Shown here in pieces: positions 8,872 through 18,430 of a stretch of 53,938 nucleotides of DNA. The notes beneath the pieces were generated by a model. It was not told the DNA's origin, searched no databases, and saw only the letters and a program-made list of their open reading frames with translations. Positions within the stretch are counted from its first letter, which is position 1; every line of letters begins with the position of its first letter. The stretch is from a virus. Lineage: Duplodnaviria; Caudoviricetes. Position numbers and translations under genes: made by a program. The DNA is taken from positions 1 to 53,938 of the IMG/VR virus record IMGVR_UViG_3300044491_001751. One strand, given 5' to 3'.

Positions 8872-9639
8872 TTAACTCGCTTTCTTAGTTGATGTTTCAG
8901 CCTTGGACTCTCCAAAGACCATATCTAGCATGCGTTCGACCCCAAGGTCTCCCTGCTCTACTACTTTTCCTAGACGCCCTTGAACGCGCTCTCCAGCTTC
9001 GTACTCAGGGGTACGCTCGACATACATCTTGCGAACCTTGTACGGTGGCTGCATTGGATCTGGATTTGGTACCGTCTCCACTGTAATTGCGCCAAGAATG
9101 TCGTAGAAATACGGGGCCTGAATTGCTAGCTGGCCCTGGAGGTAAGGACGGTATACGCCATCCTGACCCTTACGTGCCATAGCAGTCAGTACCACAGCCT
9201 CAAGCGGCTGGGTAGGGTGCATCGTGAGGTCACGGAGATCACGAAGGAGTGCTCCCATGTGGCGAAGTAGTTCGCCCCACTGTTGCATCTTCATTTGCTC
9301 TGTGCCTGCGATGTTATCCATGCACTTGACCTGGAGCTCCGAGATGGAGTCAATGATCAAGGACTTGAAGTGGTGTTTCCCTGACTGAAGCCACTGGAAG
9401 GCCTTCATGACAACGTCATAGTCGTTTACTTTGACTACAACGGTGTCCCAAGTACCGTCTGCTAGTGGCGGTTCTTCAGTTAGGGGGTCCCAATACTTAA
9501 TGTTGATTGGTAGGAAGCGGTGGCCTCCCTCAACATCGAGCATTAGGCGTGGGTAAGGTGCCGTGACTGCGAAGCTGGACTTACCAACTTTGGACTCGCC
9601 ATAAACCATAATTGTTAAACTGCGTTCCACGTCTGACAT
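8872..9639 (-). CDS. AAA_24 / Sak4-like P-loop NTPase (recombination)
   Basis: Walker A YGESKVGKS, LDVEGG, Walker B IIDSISE. Confidence 0.85.
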   Translation of the reverse strand: MSDVERSLTIMVYGESKVGKSSFAVTAPYPRLMLDVEGGHRFLPINIKYWDPLTEEPPLADGTWDTVVVKVNDYDVVMKAFQWLQSGKHHFKSLIIDSISELQVKCMDNIAGTEQMKMQQWGELLRHMGALLRDLRDLTMHPTQPLEAVVLTAMARKGQDGVYRPYLQGQLAIQAPYFYDILGAITVETVPNPDPMQPPYKVRKMYVERTPEYEAGERVQGRLGKVVEQGDLGVERMLDMVFGESKAETSTKKAS

Positions 9640-9641
9640 AT

Positions 9642-10571
9642 TTACTCACTTCCCTTCTCTTCGATTCCGTAGTAACCGTATGGGTCGGATGACTCAAACG
9701 CATCGCTAAGTGCTGCTTCGGCGGCGCTTCCGTCGTCGAATAGCGGGCAAATAGCGAAGAATTGACACTTCCACTTGCAGTCGCGGCTTGGCTTCGGGTA
9801 AGCATGCTTAAAGTGGCTCTCGCCCTCGTCCAAAGCATCTCGGACATTTAGCATATCTGCAAGAGTGCCTTCTAGCTGCTCTAGAAATGCACGGAGTGTA
9901 AACCTATTATGGCGAACTTCAATCTGGTCATAGAACGGTGGCTTGGCGTAGGCACCGCGCTTAACCTTACGAAGCATCGTGAAGATAGCACCGTCAGTGC
10001 GTTCGCCTGTTTCGCCTTCCTGGGCTTCGTCTAAGAGCATGTAAGTTTTTACCTGCTCGTTCATGTGAGCCATAGCCCCAAAGTCTGCAAAAGAGCCGCC
10101 TACAGTTTTAAAGTCACGGATCATGCGAGCACCATCAATCTTACGACGAACACGCATGTCAATTTTTCCCTGTAGGACTACTCGACCATCCATCATCGGG
10201 CGTTCGAGAATCTCTTCAGTCGAAATCATCTCAAGCTCGGCATCAATGCCCTCTTGCTCTACCCACTCTAAGTAGCCCTCGAGCATTATACGACCAAGCT
10301 CTGCATCAGCCTCTAAGTTAGAGGTGTCGCGAAACTCTGCTTGCATCTTTTCTATGTCTTCCTTAACAAGGTCGGCATGAGCCTCTAGCAAGTCTTGTCC
10401 AGTTGAATAGTGCCTGTCAAGTGCTTCATGGATGCGAGAGCCTAAAGCTAGTGCTCCAGTAAACTCTGTTATCTTTGGCCTTAATCGGCGATAATAGGTT
10501 AGCCACCAACGTCTACGGCAATCTTTAAATGTTTGTATCTCAGAATTAGAAATTCTTACGGGAGCTGTCAT
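9642..10571 (-). CDS. PD-(D/E)XK Cas4/RecB-like exonuclease
   Basis: S.SEIQTFKDCRRRW, GSRIHEAL, GKID...DFKT, C-terminal CKWKCQFFAIC Fe-S cysteines. Confidence 0.9.
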   Translation of the reverse strand: MTAPVRISNSEIQTFKDCRRRWWLTYYRRLRPKITEFTGALALGSRIHEALDRHYSTGQDLLEAHADLVKEDIEKMQAEFRDTSNLEADAELGRIMLEGYLEWVEQEGIDAELEMISTEEILERPMMDGRVVLQGKIDMRVRRKIDGARMIRDFKTVGGSFADFGAMAHMNEQVKTYMLLDEAQEGETGERTDGAIFTMLRKVKRGAYAKPPFYDQIEVRHNRFTLRAFLEQLEGTLADMLNVRDALDEGESHFKHAYPKPSRDCKWKCQFFAICPLFDDGSAAEAALSDAFESSDPYGYYGIEEKGSE

Positions 10572-12403
10572 TATTTCTTTCCCTCTCTGAGAAGCTCTAG
10601 AAGCTTGGCCTTATCTTTTACAATCTGATCAAAGTTGTCAGCTTTTACGTCTAGTGCTTCGATTACGCGTTCTTCAATTGTTCCCTCAGTCACGTAGTCG
10701 GTAATGAGAATCGAATCGTGAATCTCAGAGCCAATGCGGTGAACGCGGTCCAGAGCCTGCTTGTAGTCAACAAGAGACCATGGCCTCTGAAGCATAACAA
10801 GTCGGCGTGCTGCTGTCAAGGTGACACCAACACCGCCAGCCTGGGCAGTGAACAAAATCCACTTTGTACGTCCAGACTGGAAATCATCAATAGCTTTCTG
10901 ACGCTCGTCAGAGTTTTGAGCACCAGTTATTAGCCCGTGAGGGATCTTTTCCTTGGTCATACGAGCACTTAGTAGCTCGATGAGCTGGCGAGACACTGCA
11001 CACACTGCAACGGAGTCTTCACCAAAGTCACCGCTCTTTATGTCATCCATTAGAGCGTCAACCTTACAAGAGGGGTCTGACAATAACATCTTCTCTTGAC
11101 CATCAACCAGTTCGATTTGACCGTAAGCACTAGCAAACTGAACTAAACGACCCGTCTGTGTTAGTGGATTTGGGGCCACTACCACTCCGCCATCAAGAAC
11201 ACCAGCGTCTAGTTCTCCGTTTTCAAACCGTTCTTCAGGAGTTGTCTCGAGCATTGCCATCATGTTTTCTAGCATCTGCTTGTAAGCCTTCTCTTGCTTA
11301 GCACCCATCTCGACGTCACGACGGTCATTGACAACTTCAGGAAGCCAAGGAAGTACTCTAGCTTTGAGCATGCGACGCATGCGTGGATGTATGCCAGCAT
11401 AGAACTCTGATTCCATTGCTGGCTTGAGTCCAAGGATCATAAGACCGCCAAATGCATTTAGCATGGTGTTCACAAAGCGGTCAATCCACTTAGTTTTACT
11501 TGGCCACTCTCTTTCGTCTAGCCAGTGCAAAATTGGCCACAAATCTACAACCGTATTTGCAATAGGAGTACCAGTCAGAGCAAATCTAAGATCAGCATCA
11601 CCAGAAGCAGCCCACAAGGCTCTGCTTTGCTTAGATTTAGGGTCTTTTGATCTGTGAATTTCGTCTGCAACTACCGACTTAAAATTAATGCTGTTTAGCT
11701 CGCGTTGATGAACCTCGCAGCGAGCTTTAGTGACTTTCGGGTCATGGCCTCCGCACTCGGTACAACGAGCAAGAGCTACTGACCCATAAGACTTAAGCCT
11801 AGAATGAGTTCGCAAGGACTCCCAGTTAATTATGTAGACCTGAGCTTCATGGTCGAAGGCCTTACGCCTTTGAGTAGCAGAGCCTTTGATTATCTGAACA
11901 TCAACACCAGGCCACCATTTATCAAACTCTCGCTCCCAGTTGCTCTTTAGAGTGTTAGGGCAGACAATCAAAGCAGGGAAAACCTGCTCTCCGCGGTCTT
12001 GTAGGCGTTTTAGAGCCCTTATAGCCTGTGCAGTCTTACCGAGACCTGGTTCGTCGGCTAGAAGCGCTCTACGGGCCGTAACGAGGAACTCTACGCCTGC
12101 TCTTTGGTGGGGGAATAGGTCAGCATCACCTTCTTCGGATGCCTCTACGTCTCTTAGAGCATTAGCGGGGTCAATTCTAGTAGCTTTCTCGTTAATTGCC
12201 CACTCGGCGAGCTTCGTACCGATCTCTAGATGTTCGCCAAAGGTCGAGCGAAGAGATAGGCAGCCAGTCCAAGAGACTGGAATACGCCAAACGTTTTTAT
12301 CTGAGTCCCATTTAGAGCCAGGAAGTGCCCTACATATCTCTTTTAGGCGCCACTCAGCGTTAATGATGATGTGATCACCGTCTAATTCTACAAAAACGCC
12401 CAA
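10571..12403 (-). CDS. SNF2-family DNA helicase
   Basis: LADEPGLGKT, DEIH, LTGTP, GGVGVTLT, QALDRVHRIG. Confidence 0.95.
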   Translation of the reverse strand: MGVFVELDGDHIIINAEWRLKEICRALPGSKWDSDKNVWRIPVSWTGCLSLRSTFGEHLEIGTKLAEWAINEKATRIDPANALRDVEASEEGDADLFPHQRAGVEFLVTARRALLADEPGLGKTAQAIRALKRLQDRGEQVFPALIVCPNTLKSNWEREFDKWWPGVDVQIIKGSATQRRKAFDHEAQVYIINWESLRTHSRLKSYGSVALARCTECGGHDPKVTKARCEVHQRELNSINFKSVVADEIHRSKDPKSKQSRALWAASGDADLRFALTGTPIANTVVDLWPILHWLDEREWPSKTKWIDRFVNTMLNAFGGLMILGLKPAMESEFYAGIHPRMRRMLKARVLPWLPEVVNDRRDVEMGAKQEKAYKQMLENMMAMLETTPEERFENGELDAGVLDGGVVVAPNPLTQTGRLVQFASAYGQIELVDGQEKMLLSDPSCKVDALMDDIKSGDFGEDSVAVCAVSRQLIELLSARMTKEKIPHGLITGAQNSDERQKAIDDFQSGRTKWILFTAQAGGVGVTLTAARRLVMLQRPWSLVDYKQALDRVHRIGSEIHDSILITDYVTEGTIEERVIEALDVKADNFDQIVKDKAKLLELLREGKK

Positions 12404-12430
12404 CTGGGCCTCCGTTTCGTCACTATGTCT

Positions 12431-12476
12431 ATATTATCAGAAAAAACTTCTGACTACACTATTTTTTCGATAATAT
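12431..12476. promoter_or_regulatory. AT-rich imperfect inverted repeat upstream of helicase
   Basis: ATATTATC-AGAAAAAA...TTTTTTC-GATAATAT, overlapping a TAATAT -10-like box on the - strand. Confidence 0.45.
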
Positions 12477-12478
12477 TT

Positions 12479-12946
12479 TTAATCTTGTAGTAATCTTACA
12501 GGTTTCCAGCCTGTTTTGACTAATCTTAGTAGGGCGTGTCTAATTGCATCTAATGCATGACCCTTCCCACCGCGATGCCAGTAGTCAAGTTTCTTGAGTT
12601 TCTCGTTGGTAAACATGCCCATGGCTTCGGAAGGTGCCTGGAAGTAGATATCATCCATTGCTTTTCCATTGTCATGTAGGCACTGCTTTACGATACCAAT
12701 AACTTCTAACGAATAGGGCGCTTGAGAGTTGCGGACAGTCTGAGCATTTATGACAAATCGTTCGCAGACTACATCTACATTGTGGCGTATTGTAGCTGTC
12801 CACAGGGTGGCTCGTATGACCTCTGCGACTTCATGCTGCTCTAGTTCTTTAGACCACTCTAAAACAGGCTCAGAGCCGCTCTCGTGGCTAAATAGAGCTA
12901 CTCCAGTGACCTTGCCAGGATCAACAGCCAACACATACCTAGGCAT
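12479..12946 (-). CDS. RuvC-like Holliday junction resolvase
   Basis: VLAVDPGKVTGVA, VVCERF, HALDAIRH RNase H-fold acidic motifs. Confidence 0.8.
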   Translation of the reverse strand: MPRYVLAVDPGKVTGVALFSHESGSEPVLEWSKELEQHEVAEVIRATLWTATIRHNVDVVCERFVINAQTVRNSQAPYSLEVIGIVKQCLHDNGKAMDDIYFQAPSEAMGMFTNEKLKKLDYWHRGGKGHALDAIRHALLRLVKTGWKPVRLLQD

Positions 12947-14759
12947 ACTTTGCGCCCCAATTCTCCAGTGGACCGTCAGCGTCCGCGGTGAGCGGCACTG
13001 CCCATCCTTCAGTTGTAGTCATGCACTTTTTGACTAGCTCTTTGACTTCTTCAGCGTCCTCGCGAGGTGCATTAAGAACAATCTCATCATGAACTGGAAC
13101 AATTAGCAAATCGGTAAGATCTGCTTGATCTAGCTTGACAAGGTTGGATTTAAAAATTTCTGCAGCTCCACCCTGAATCAGATAGTTAACCAGCGTGTAT
13201 ACACGGTCTTCATCGCATGGCAGTCTACGGCCTGTCCAAGTGTTTACGTAGCCAGTTCCTTCAACCTCTAAGCGTTCTAGTCCACGCTGTTCTACAGCTT
13301 TTTGGAAAAGCTGCATGCCAGGATAGTTTTGATCAAAAGCATTAGACACTGCACGCATCTGCTCTTCTGGTACGCCAGCTGTAAGTGCCTGCTTAGCAAC
13401 ACCTGCACCATATAGACGCCCATATACAACGCCCTTAATCAGGTTACGTCGTTTGTCCGACTTGACCATGGAAGGATCTTGATATACGTCTCTACCAATC
13501 TCGGTGAACGGGTCTGAGCCAGTAGCATCTGCACGCAGGAACAGTTGAACGAGGTTAGGGTCCTGAGATAGAGACGCAAACATACGGAACTCAACCTGGT
13601 CAAGGTCGGAAGTAATAATTACGTGGTCATCATCCTTAGGGAGAAATGCTTTACGAACTACATCGTCGCCCTTGGGTAGAGTTTGTAGAGCAGGATTCTG
13701 AATAGACATACGTCCAGTACGAGCACCCATTGTGTTCACTGACGGATGTACAAGACCATCATTGTTGTCATTGAGAAAGTTCAGGAAGTATGTGTTGGCT
13801 AGCTTGAGGGACTTTCGATAACTAAGCGTAGTCTCGGCTAGTTGTTTTGCCTCGGGGTTGCCATCACGTGCAATCATTTTAAGCTGGTCAGCATTAGCAG
13901 ATTTTTGACCTTTTTCTGTCAACTCCGTTACTACAGATCCTAGTTTTTGAAAAGTATCTACAAGCTTTTGGTTGCTGCCAATCGGAAGGTTGTACGTATC
14001 TAGAGACCACTTCTTTACCTGCTCGGTATAGTCAATAAGCTCGTCATACTTTTTCTGCGAGTAGTTCAAGTCAACACGAGCTCCGTTGAGCTCCATCTGA
14101 GTGACAATGCGGCGAGTATTCATCTCTAGCTCATAAGCCATGCTGAACGGTTTACCTGGGGCGCACTGCTCCCAAAAGATTTCAAATAGACGCATCGTCA
14201 GTACAGGGTCAAGAGCTCCATACTGCCAGTAGGGGTCAAAGTTTACGGGAACTGTTCCCCATGTCCAGCCGTTATCTACTAGTCCGTAGTCAAGAACAGT
14301 CTGAGCTGCTGCAGCTTGCTCGTCTACATACTGCGATGTAAGTTTCTTTAGAGCTCCAGAGCCTAGCGGATCAATGAGCTTAGCCATAAGCATCGTGTCG
14401 TGAGCACGGTGCCAAGGCATCCTCCACGTTGACTGCTGGTCAAACCATTTAGCCTCGAAGGCAATGTTGTGGCAGACAATAGGACCATCAAACTTGTCCA
14501 TTGCTTCGTAGAAGACGCCCTTCCAGTCTTCCCACGGTATAGACCAGCCAGTCATACCATCGCCAACTTGAACTAGGCGAAGACGGCCATGCCAGGGGGA
14601 AAGTGCATCTTTGCGTGGTCTACCTGGAAGTTCACCAGTCTCGGTGTCAATTGCGATTGCATTTAGTGGACGCCGTTCCCCTAGCCAGGAAATAAACTCT
14701 TGGGCTTTCTCTACCGAGTCAACCAGATGAAGTTGAACTCCGTCTAGCCCTTGTGTCAT
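12939..14759 (-). CDS. polA: family A DNA polymerase (3'-5' exonuclease + polymerase)
   Basis: IDTET, HNIAFE, RTGRMS, motif A DLDQVEFR, motif B KGVVYGRLYG, motif C VHDE. Confidence 0.97.
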   Translation of the reverse strand: MTQGLDGVQLHLVDSVEKAQEFISWLGERRPLNAIAIDTETGELPGRPRKDALSPWHGRLRLVQVGDGMTGWSIPWEDWKGVFYEAMDKFDGPIVCHNIAFEAKWFDQQSTWRMPWHRAHDTMLMAKLIDPLGSGALKKLTSQYVDEQAAAAQTVLDYGLVDNGWTWGTVPVNFDPYWQYGALDPVLTMRLFEIFWEQCAPGKPFSMAYELEMNTRRIVTQMELNGARVDLNYSQKKYDELIDYTEQVKKWSLDTYNLPIGSNQKLVDTFQKLGSVVTELTEKGQKSANADQLKMIARDGNPEAKQLAETTLSYRKSLKLANTYFLNFLNDNNDGLVHPSVNTMGARTGRMSIQNPALQTLPKGDDVVRKAFLPKDDDHVIITSDLDQVEFRMFASLSQDPNLVQLFLRADATGSDPFTEIGRDVYQDPSMVKSDKRRNLIKGVVYGRLYGAGVAKQALTAGVPEEQMRAVSNAFDQNYPGMQLFQKAVEQRGLERLEVEGTGYVNTWTGRRLPCDEDRVYTLVNYLIQGGAAEIFKSNLVKLDQADLTDLLIVPVHDEIVLNAPREDAEEVKELVKKCMTTTEGWAVPLTADADGPLENWGAKYA

Positions 14760-14772
14760 TTATTGTCTTTCT

Positions 14773-15243
14773 CTAGGGTATTACTTCGACATTGTACACG
14801 TCTGCAATGTCTTTGTCCACCTTAGCAGCTTGTTGCAGCAAACGCTGCGCGACACTCGTTAAATAGTAAGCGCCGTTGTCATCATATTTATATAGAGCAT
14901 CTAGCACAGCCTCAGGCTGATCACTAACTTGGGCCCAATGGCGATATTTTTCTGGGAAAACTAGATCTAAACTGTCATCTGGTTGGCACTCTTCACAGGC
15001 AACTGCTCGGCGGGGAAGATCGTGTGCAGGTGCTTCGCTAAGTTTGTACTTAGACACCAAAGAGCACGCGGCTCCGTGGAACATAAGCGAAACGCCAATG
15101 CGAGACAGGATGTAGGAGCCACTCTCTGTTTTATATAGCTCAAACTCAATCCAGCGGTGAGCTCCTCTGCGTTCCGATGTGGACTTGGCGAGCAGAGTGC
15201 CGTTGAACTGGAGTGTCCTATCTCCGTCTTTTACTGAATACAT
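14773..15243 (-). CDS. hypothetical protein with Cys/His cluster
   Basis: 156-aa ORF; FHGAAC...ACEECQP. Confidence 0.75.
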   Translation of the reverse strand: MYSVKDGDRTLQFNGTLLAKSTSERRGAHRWIEFELYKTESGSYILSRIGVSLMFHGAACSLVSKYKLSEAPAHDLPRRAVACEECQPDDSLDLVFPEKYRHWAQVSDQPEAVLDALYKYDDNGAYYLTSVAQRLLQQAAKVDKDIADVYNVEVIP

Positions 15244-15398
15244 TAGTCGGTTTTAGGTTCAGATTCTTCTATAGAGTTTTCTGCTACGCGTAGTCTGGCC
15301 CTCAGGTCAATAATCTCTAGCTGTTGATTAGCAACAGCAGTGCGTAGTTCTGTTAATACTGCATCAATTAGGGCTGTAGCGTTATCTTTATCTGTCAT
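15243..15398 (-). CDS. small coiled-coil protein, 51 aa (not in ORF track)
   Basis: MTDKDNATALIDAVLTELRTAVANQQLEIIDLRARLRVAENSIEESEPKTD*; fills the gap exactly with TAATG overlaps at both ends. Confidence 0.75.
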   Translation of the reverse strand: MTDKDNATALIDAVLTELRTAVANQQLEIIDLRARLRVAENSIEESEPKTD

Positions 15399-18300
15399 TA
15401 GTTACTCTCCAATGTGGCTATTCTACTCTCTAGTGTAGTTATAGTGTTTGATAGTTCTTGTATAGCTTTAATTAAGCTTGGAACAAGGGCCTGATACTGA
15501 AGACCGTAGGCTGGCTCTTCTTCAGTGACATAGTCAGAAAATATCTTCGATGGGCCCTGCCTATAGAGAATATTAGTTTCTTCAGTGACACCGCTATCCG
15601 CTAGAGCCGCGGCAACCTCTTGGGCAATTAGGCCGTACTGAGGGGCAGTGCCTAGCTCTTCTTCGGGACGCCACTTAAAAGTTACAGGTCTTAGGGCATT
15701 TATAAAATTCACTCCTAGAGAAGAATCAGCAATATCTTTTTTAAGGCGCTCATCCGAGCTTGTCCTATATAGAGTACCTAAAGTAGTAGTTCCAACGTCC
15801 GAGGTAGTGGCACCGCTAAGGTCTTCTATTCGAACAATATTTGTTGTCCCCCTGAAGTAATACTCTGGAGATACAGCTCCACTTGAATCAAATTCAATAT
15901 TGCTGTCTACGTCAATTTCAGACCAGCCAGAACCGTCGTCACCTCTCAAAACTAGTCCAGCATTACTGCATCTAATGTAGTCATTCTGATCGGGAGAATA
16001 TGCGGTTACAGTAGTTCCACTAATAAAAAGCTCGGGCGTAGTTGCTCCATACCTACCAGCTATTCTAAGTCCAGCCGAGCTCCCCTCAATAATTCCGTCG
16101 TAGTTAGTGTCGTCTCCAGAATCATAAAACTTAACCGTGTTCGTACTACCACTAACAAGTACACGTTTTCCCGTACCTGAAGAAGTTCTTATTGTAAAAC
16201 CAGTAAGTGTTCCAGCATTAATAGCATTAGCTTCTATTGTTCCAGTTGTAATCTTGCCGCCATCAATAGTGGTGGAATTGCTGTTTATGTCACTGGCCGC
16301 GCTTCCCTTAGCGATATATAGAGTTCCAGCAGTGACGGCAGTTACATAAGTACTAGCCGCATCGCTAGCGGTCAGGTATAAACCTAGAGAGCTTAAAGTT
16401 GCATATGTACTAGCTGCAGCTGATGATGTCAGATAAGGAGCCAAGTCAGACGATGTCAAGAAGGAGCTTAGGTCACTCTGAGTGGCAGGAGCTGAACCGC
16501 CAATTGTCAGAGAGCCGCTCGCGATTTGGATAGAGCCATCGGTAGAATTAATAAAAATGGTTCTAGTGCTGCCGTTGTAGGCTTCTAGTCCAGATGTTGT
16601 AATTCTGACCCTAGATCCAGAATCCGTGGAACTTGTAGAAATTACATCGCTAGAAAGAAACCGAGCAGCAAGCGCCCCGACATCTATCTTGTTGGCCTCG
16701 ATGCTGTTAGCTTTAATGATGTTTCCATTAATCTCATCGCCTCTAATTAGCTGACCAGTGATGTTTATACCAATAATGTCTTCGCCAGTGACAATTGTTC
16801 CAGGAGTGATGTTTGCAGCTTGGATAATCCCCTGAATGGCTTCAACATCAACAAGAGACGTGGCCTGACCTGTTACCTGCTCGGAGGGCAAGCTAGAGGT
16901 GTTAGAAGCATCCCTAAGAATTGCTCTGTAGTAGTAGCTGTTTCCATAGGTAACGCTTGCATCAACATACTTAGCACCTGCAACGGCAGTTATGGAAGTA
17001 ACTAGCGTAGAAGTTGACGGAGTAAACCCGTCGGTGGTGCTCCTGTGAATATCTAGGTATACAAGACCATCGGGTTTTGTTTGAGGTGAGCCAAGCGCAC
17101 TTTCTACATTGCCGTCCCAGACCAAGGTTATGGTTCCTAAGTAGACGCTAGGGGTAAGGGGCGTTGGTCTGACAGTGGCAATGTTTGTATCAGGGGCGTC
17201 GGCAGTAGTGTGGTTTCCTGTAAGAGCCGAGGAATACTCGCCTCCGCTGTCAAATGCATAGACTTCAAAGGAATAAGCAGTGTTGTCTGCAAACAGACCC
17301 GCTTCGCCAAAAGTAACACTAGTTGCAGTAGCGTCTTCTAGTCTGTAGGTTTTCCAGTCTCCTGAACCAGCTCTCCACTTAATCAGATAACCGAAAAGAT
17401 CCGTGAGAGTAGACCCGTCTTCGTTAGTTGTAGGGGCACTCCAACCAACTTCAACAATAACTCTTGCAGTATTTCCAACAATAAAGTCAATGTTGCTAGT
17501 AATGTCAAGATTCGTAGGAGCAGCAGGAGGATTGCCGTCACCTGCCACGGCACCTGGAGTGTACTCAACCCAACGGATACCGTCCCAGTAGTAAGTTTCG
17601 TTACTCGAACTGTCTACCCAAATTGATCCGTCCTGGGCCCACTGGCGAGCAACAGGAAAGACGTAAACGTTTGAAGATGACACATCCGTGCTAGAAACAG
17701 CAGTAGCTACGCCAGCTGCTAGAACATATTCAATAGTGGTGCTTGTTACAGCACTGATCTCGAAAAGCCCGTCAGTCCCGTAGGCCCTAGAGTCCTGGGA
17801 AAAGATGTCAACAAAAATAATGTCGCCTACCTCGAAGTGGTGGGTCGCATTCATTGTCAAAGTTACGGTGCTGTTAGGAGCAGCCGAAATCTCAAAGGAG
17901 TCAACTTTTCTACGAGTTTGTAGACGCCTCTTAGAGCTCCAACTAGAAGGTACAGACGAGTCTGGCTTAAAGTAATAAGAGTGGCTAATAGTTACGCCAG
18001 AAAGTTGATCTTGAGTGGGGTCATGCCTGTAGCTTGGACGGTCAGCCCATGGTGGAGTTTCTACAGATTCGACAGTAAAGTTGTCGCCGTCCACGTCGAT
18101 GGCGGTGCTGCTGCCCCAGTGGATTCCAGAAACTTGGATTCTGTCTCCCTCGTCAGCTCCAAGTTCTGACTCAAAGTAGAGCTCTACCCTGTCACCTTTA
18201 CCAGTTACAGAGTTAGAGTAGACATACCCATCATGAACTTTTTTGTACTGATACGGAGCAGAAGAACTTACTACAGTCTCTGGACCAGTAGCGGGTGGTG

Positions 18301-18430
18301 CAATAGTTATTGCATTCTCCACCTCCGAGCTAGTAAGAAGATTTATAGGTCTTAGCTCTACGGAGCGAACGCGCTGATCTAGACGACTCATTAGAGTCGT
18401 CAGTTTTCTACGTCGTCTTCTAATCCCCAT
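15398..18430 (-). CDS. tail fibre/minor tail protein with FN3 domains and C-terminal S74-type intramolecular chaperone
   Basis: PAAPTNL...W..P...Y.F.VYA.D FN3; IxA repeat shaft; TSSDERLKKDI...LRPVTFKW...GLIAQEV...LIKAIQEL chaperone. Confidence 0.9.
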   Translation of the reverse strand: MGIRRRRRKLTTLMSRLDQRVRSVELRPINLLTSSEVENAITIAPPATGPETVVSSSAPYQYKKVHDGYVYSNSVTGKGDRVELYFESELGADEGDRIQVSGIHWGSSTAIDVDGDNFTVESVETPPWADRPSYRHDPTQDQLSGVTISHSYYFKPDSSVPSSWSSKRRLQTRRKVDSFEISAAPNSTVTLTMNATHHFEVGDIIFVDIFSQDSRAYGTDGLFEISAVTSTTIEYVLAAGVATAVSSTDVSSSNVYVFPVARQWAQDGSIWVDSSSNETYYWDGIRWVEYTPGAVAGDGNPPAAPTNLDITSNIDFIVGNTARVIVEVGWSAPTTNEDGSTLTDLFGYLIKWRAGSGDWKTYRLEDATATSVTFGEAGLFADNTAYSFEVYAFDSGGEYSSALTGNHTTADAPDTNIATVRPTPLTPSVYLGTITLVWDGNVESALGSPQTKPDGLVYLDIHRSTTDGFTPSTSTLVTSITAVAGAKYVDASVTYGNSYYYRAILRDASNTSSLPSEQVTGQATSLVDVEAIQGIIQAANITPGTIVTGEDIIGINITGQLIRGDEINGNIIKANSIEANKIDVGALAARFLSSDVISTSSTDSGSRVRITTSGLEAYNGSTRTIFINSTDGSIQIASGSLTIGGSAPATQSDLSSFLTSSDLAPYLTSSAAASTYATLSSLGLYLTASDAASTYVTAVTAGTLYIAKGSAASDINSNSTTIDGGKITTGTIEANAINAGTLTGFTIRTSSGTGKRVLVSGSTNTVKFYDSGDDTNYDGIIEGSSAGLRIAGRYGATTPELFISGTTVTAYSPDQNDYIRCSNAGLVLRGDDGSGWSEIDVDSNIEFDSSGAVSPEYYFRGTTNIVRIEDLSGATTSDVGTTTLGTLYRTSSDERLKKDIADSSLGVNFINALRPVTFKWRPEEELGTAPQYGLIAQEVAAALADSGVTEETNILYRQGPSKIFSDYVTEEEPAYGLQYQALVPSLIKAIQELSNTITTLESRIATLESN

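Noticed and set aside
9642-10571. Cas4-like nuclease as sign of a CRISPR-Cas system
   Set aside because: No cas1/cas2 or repeat-spacer array seen; it sits in the standard phage exonuclease-AAA-SSB recombination module
15398-18430. Diversity-generating retroelement target in the tail fibre
   Set aside because: No reverse transcriptase or template/variable repeat pair noticed; the C-terminus is an S74-type chaperone
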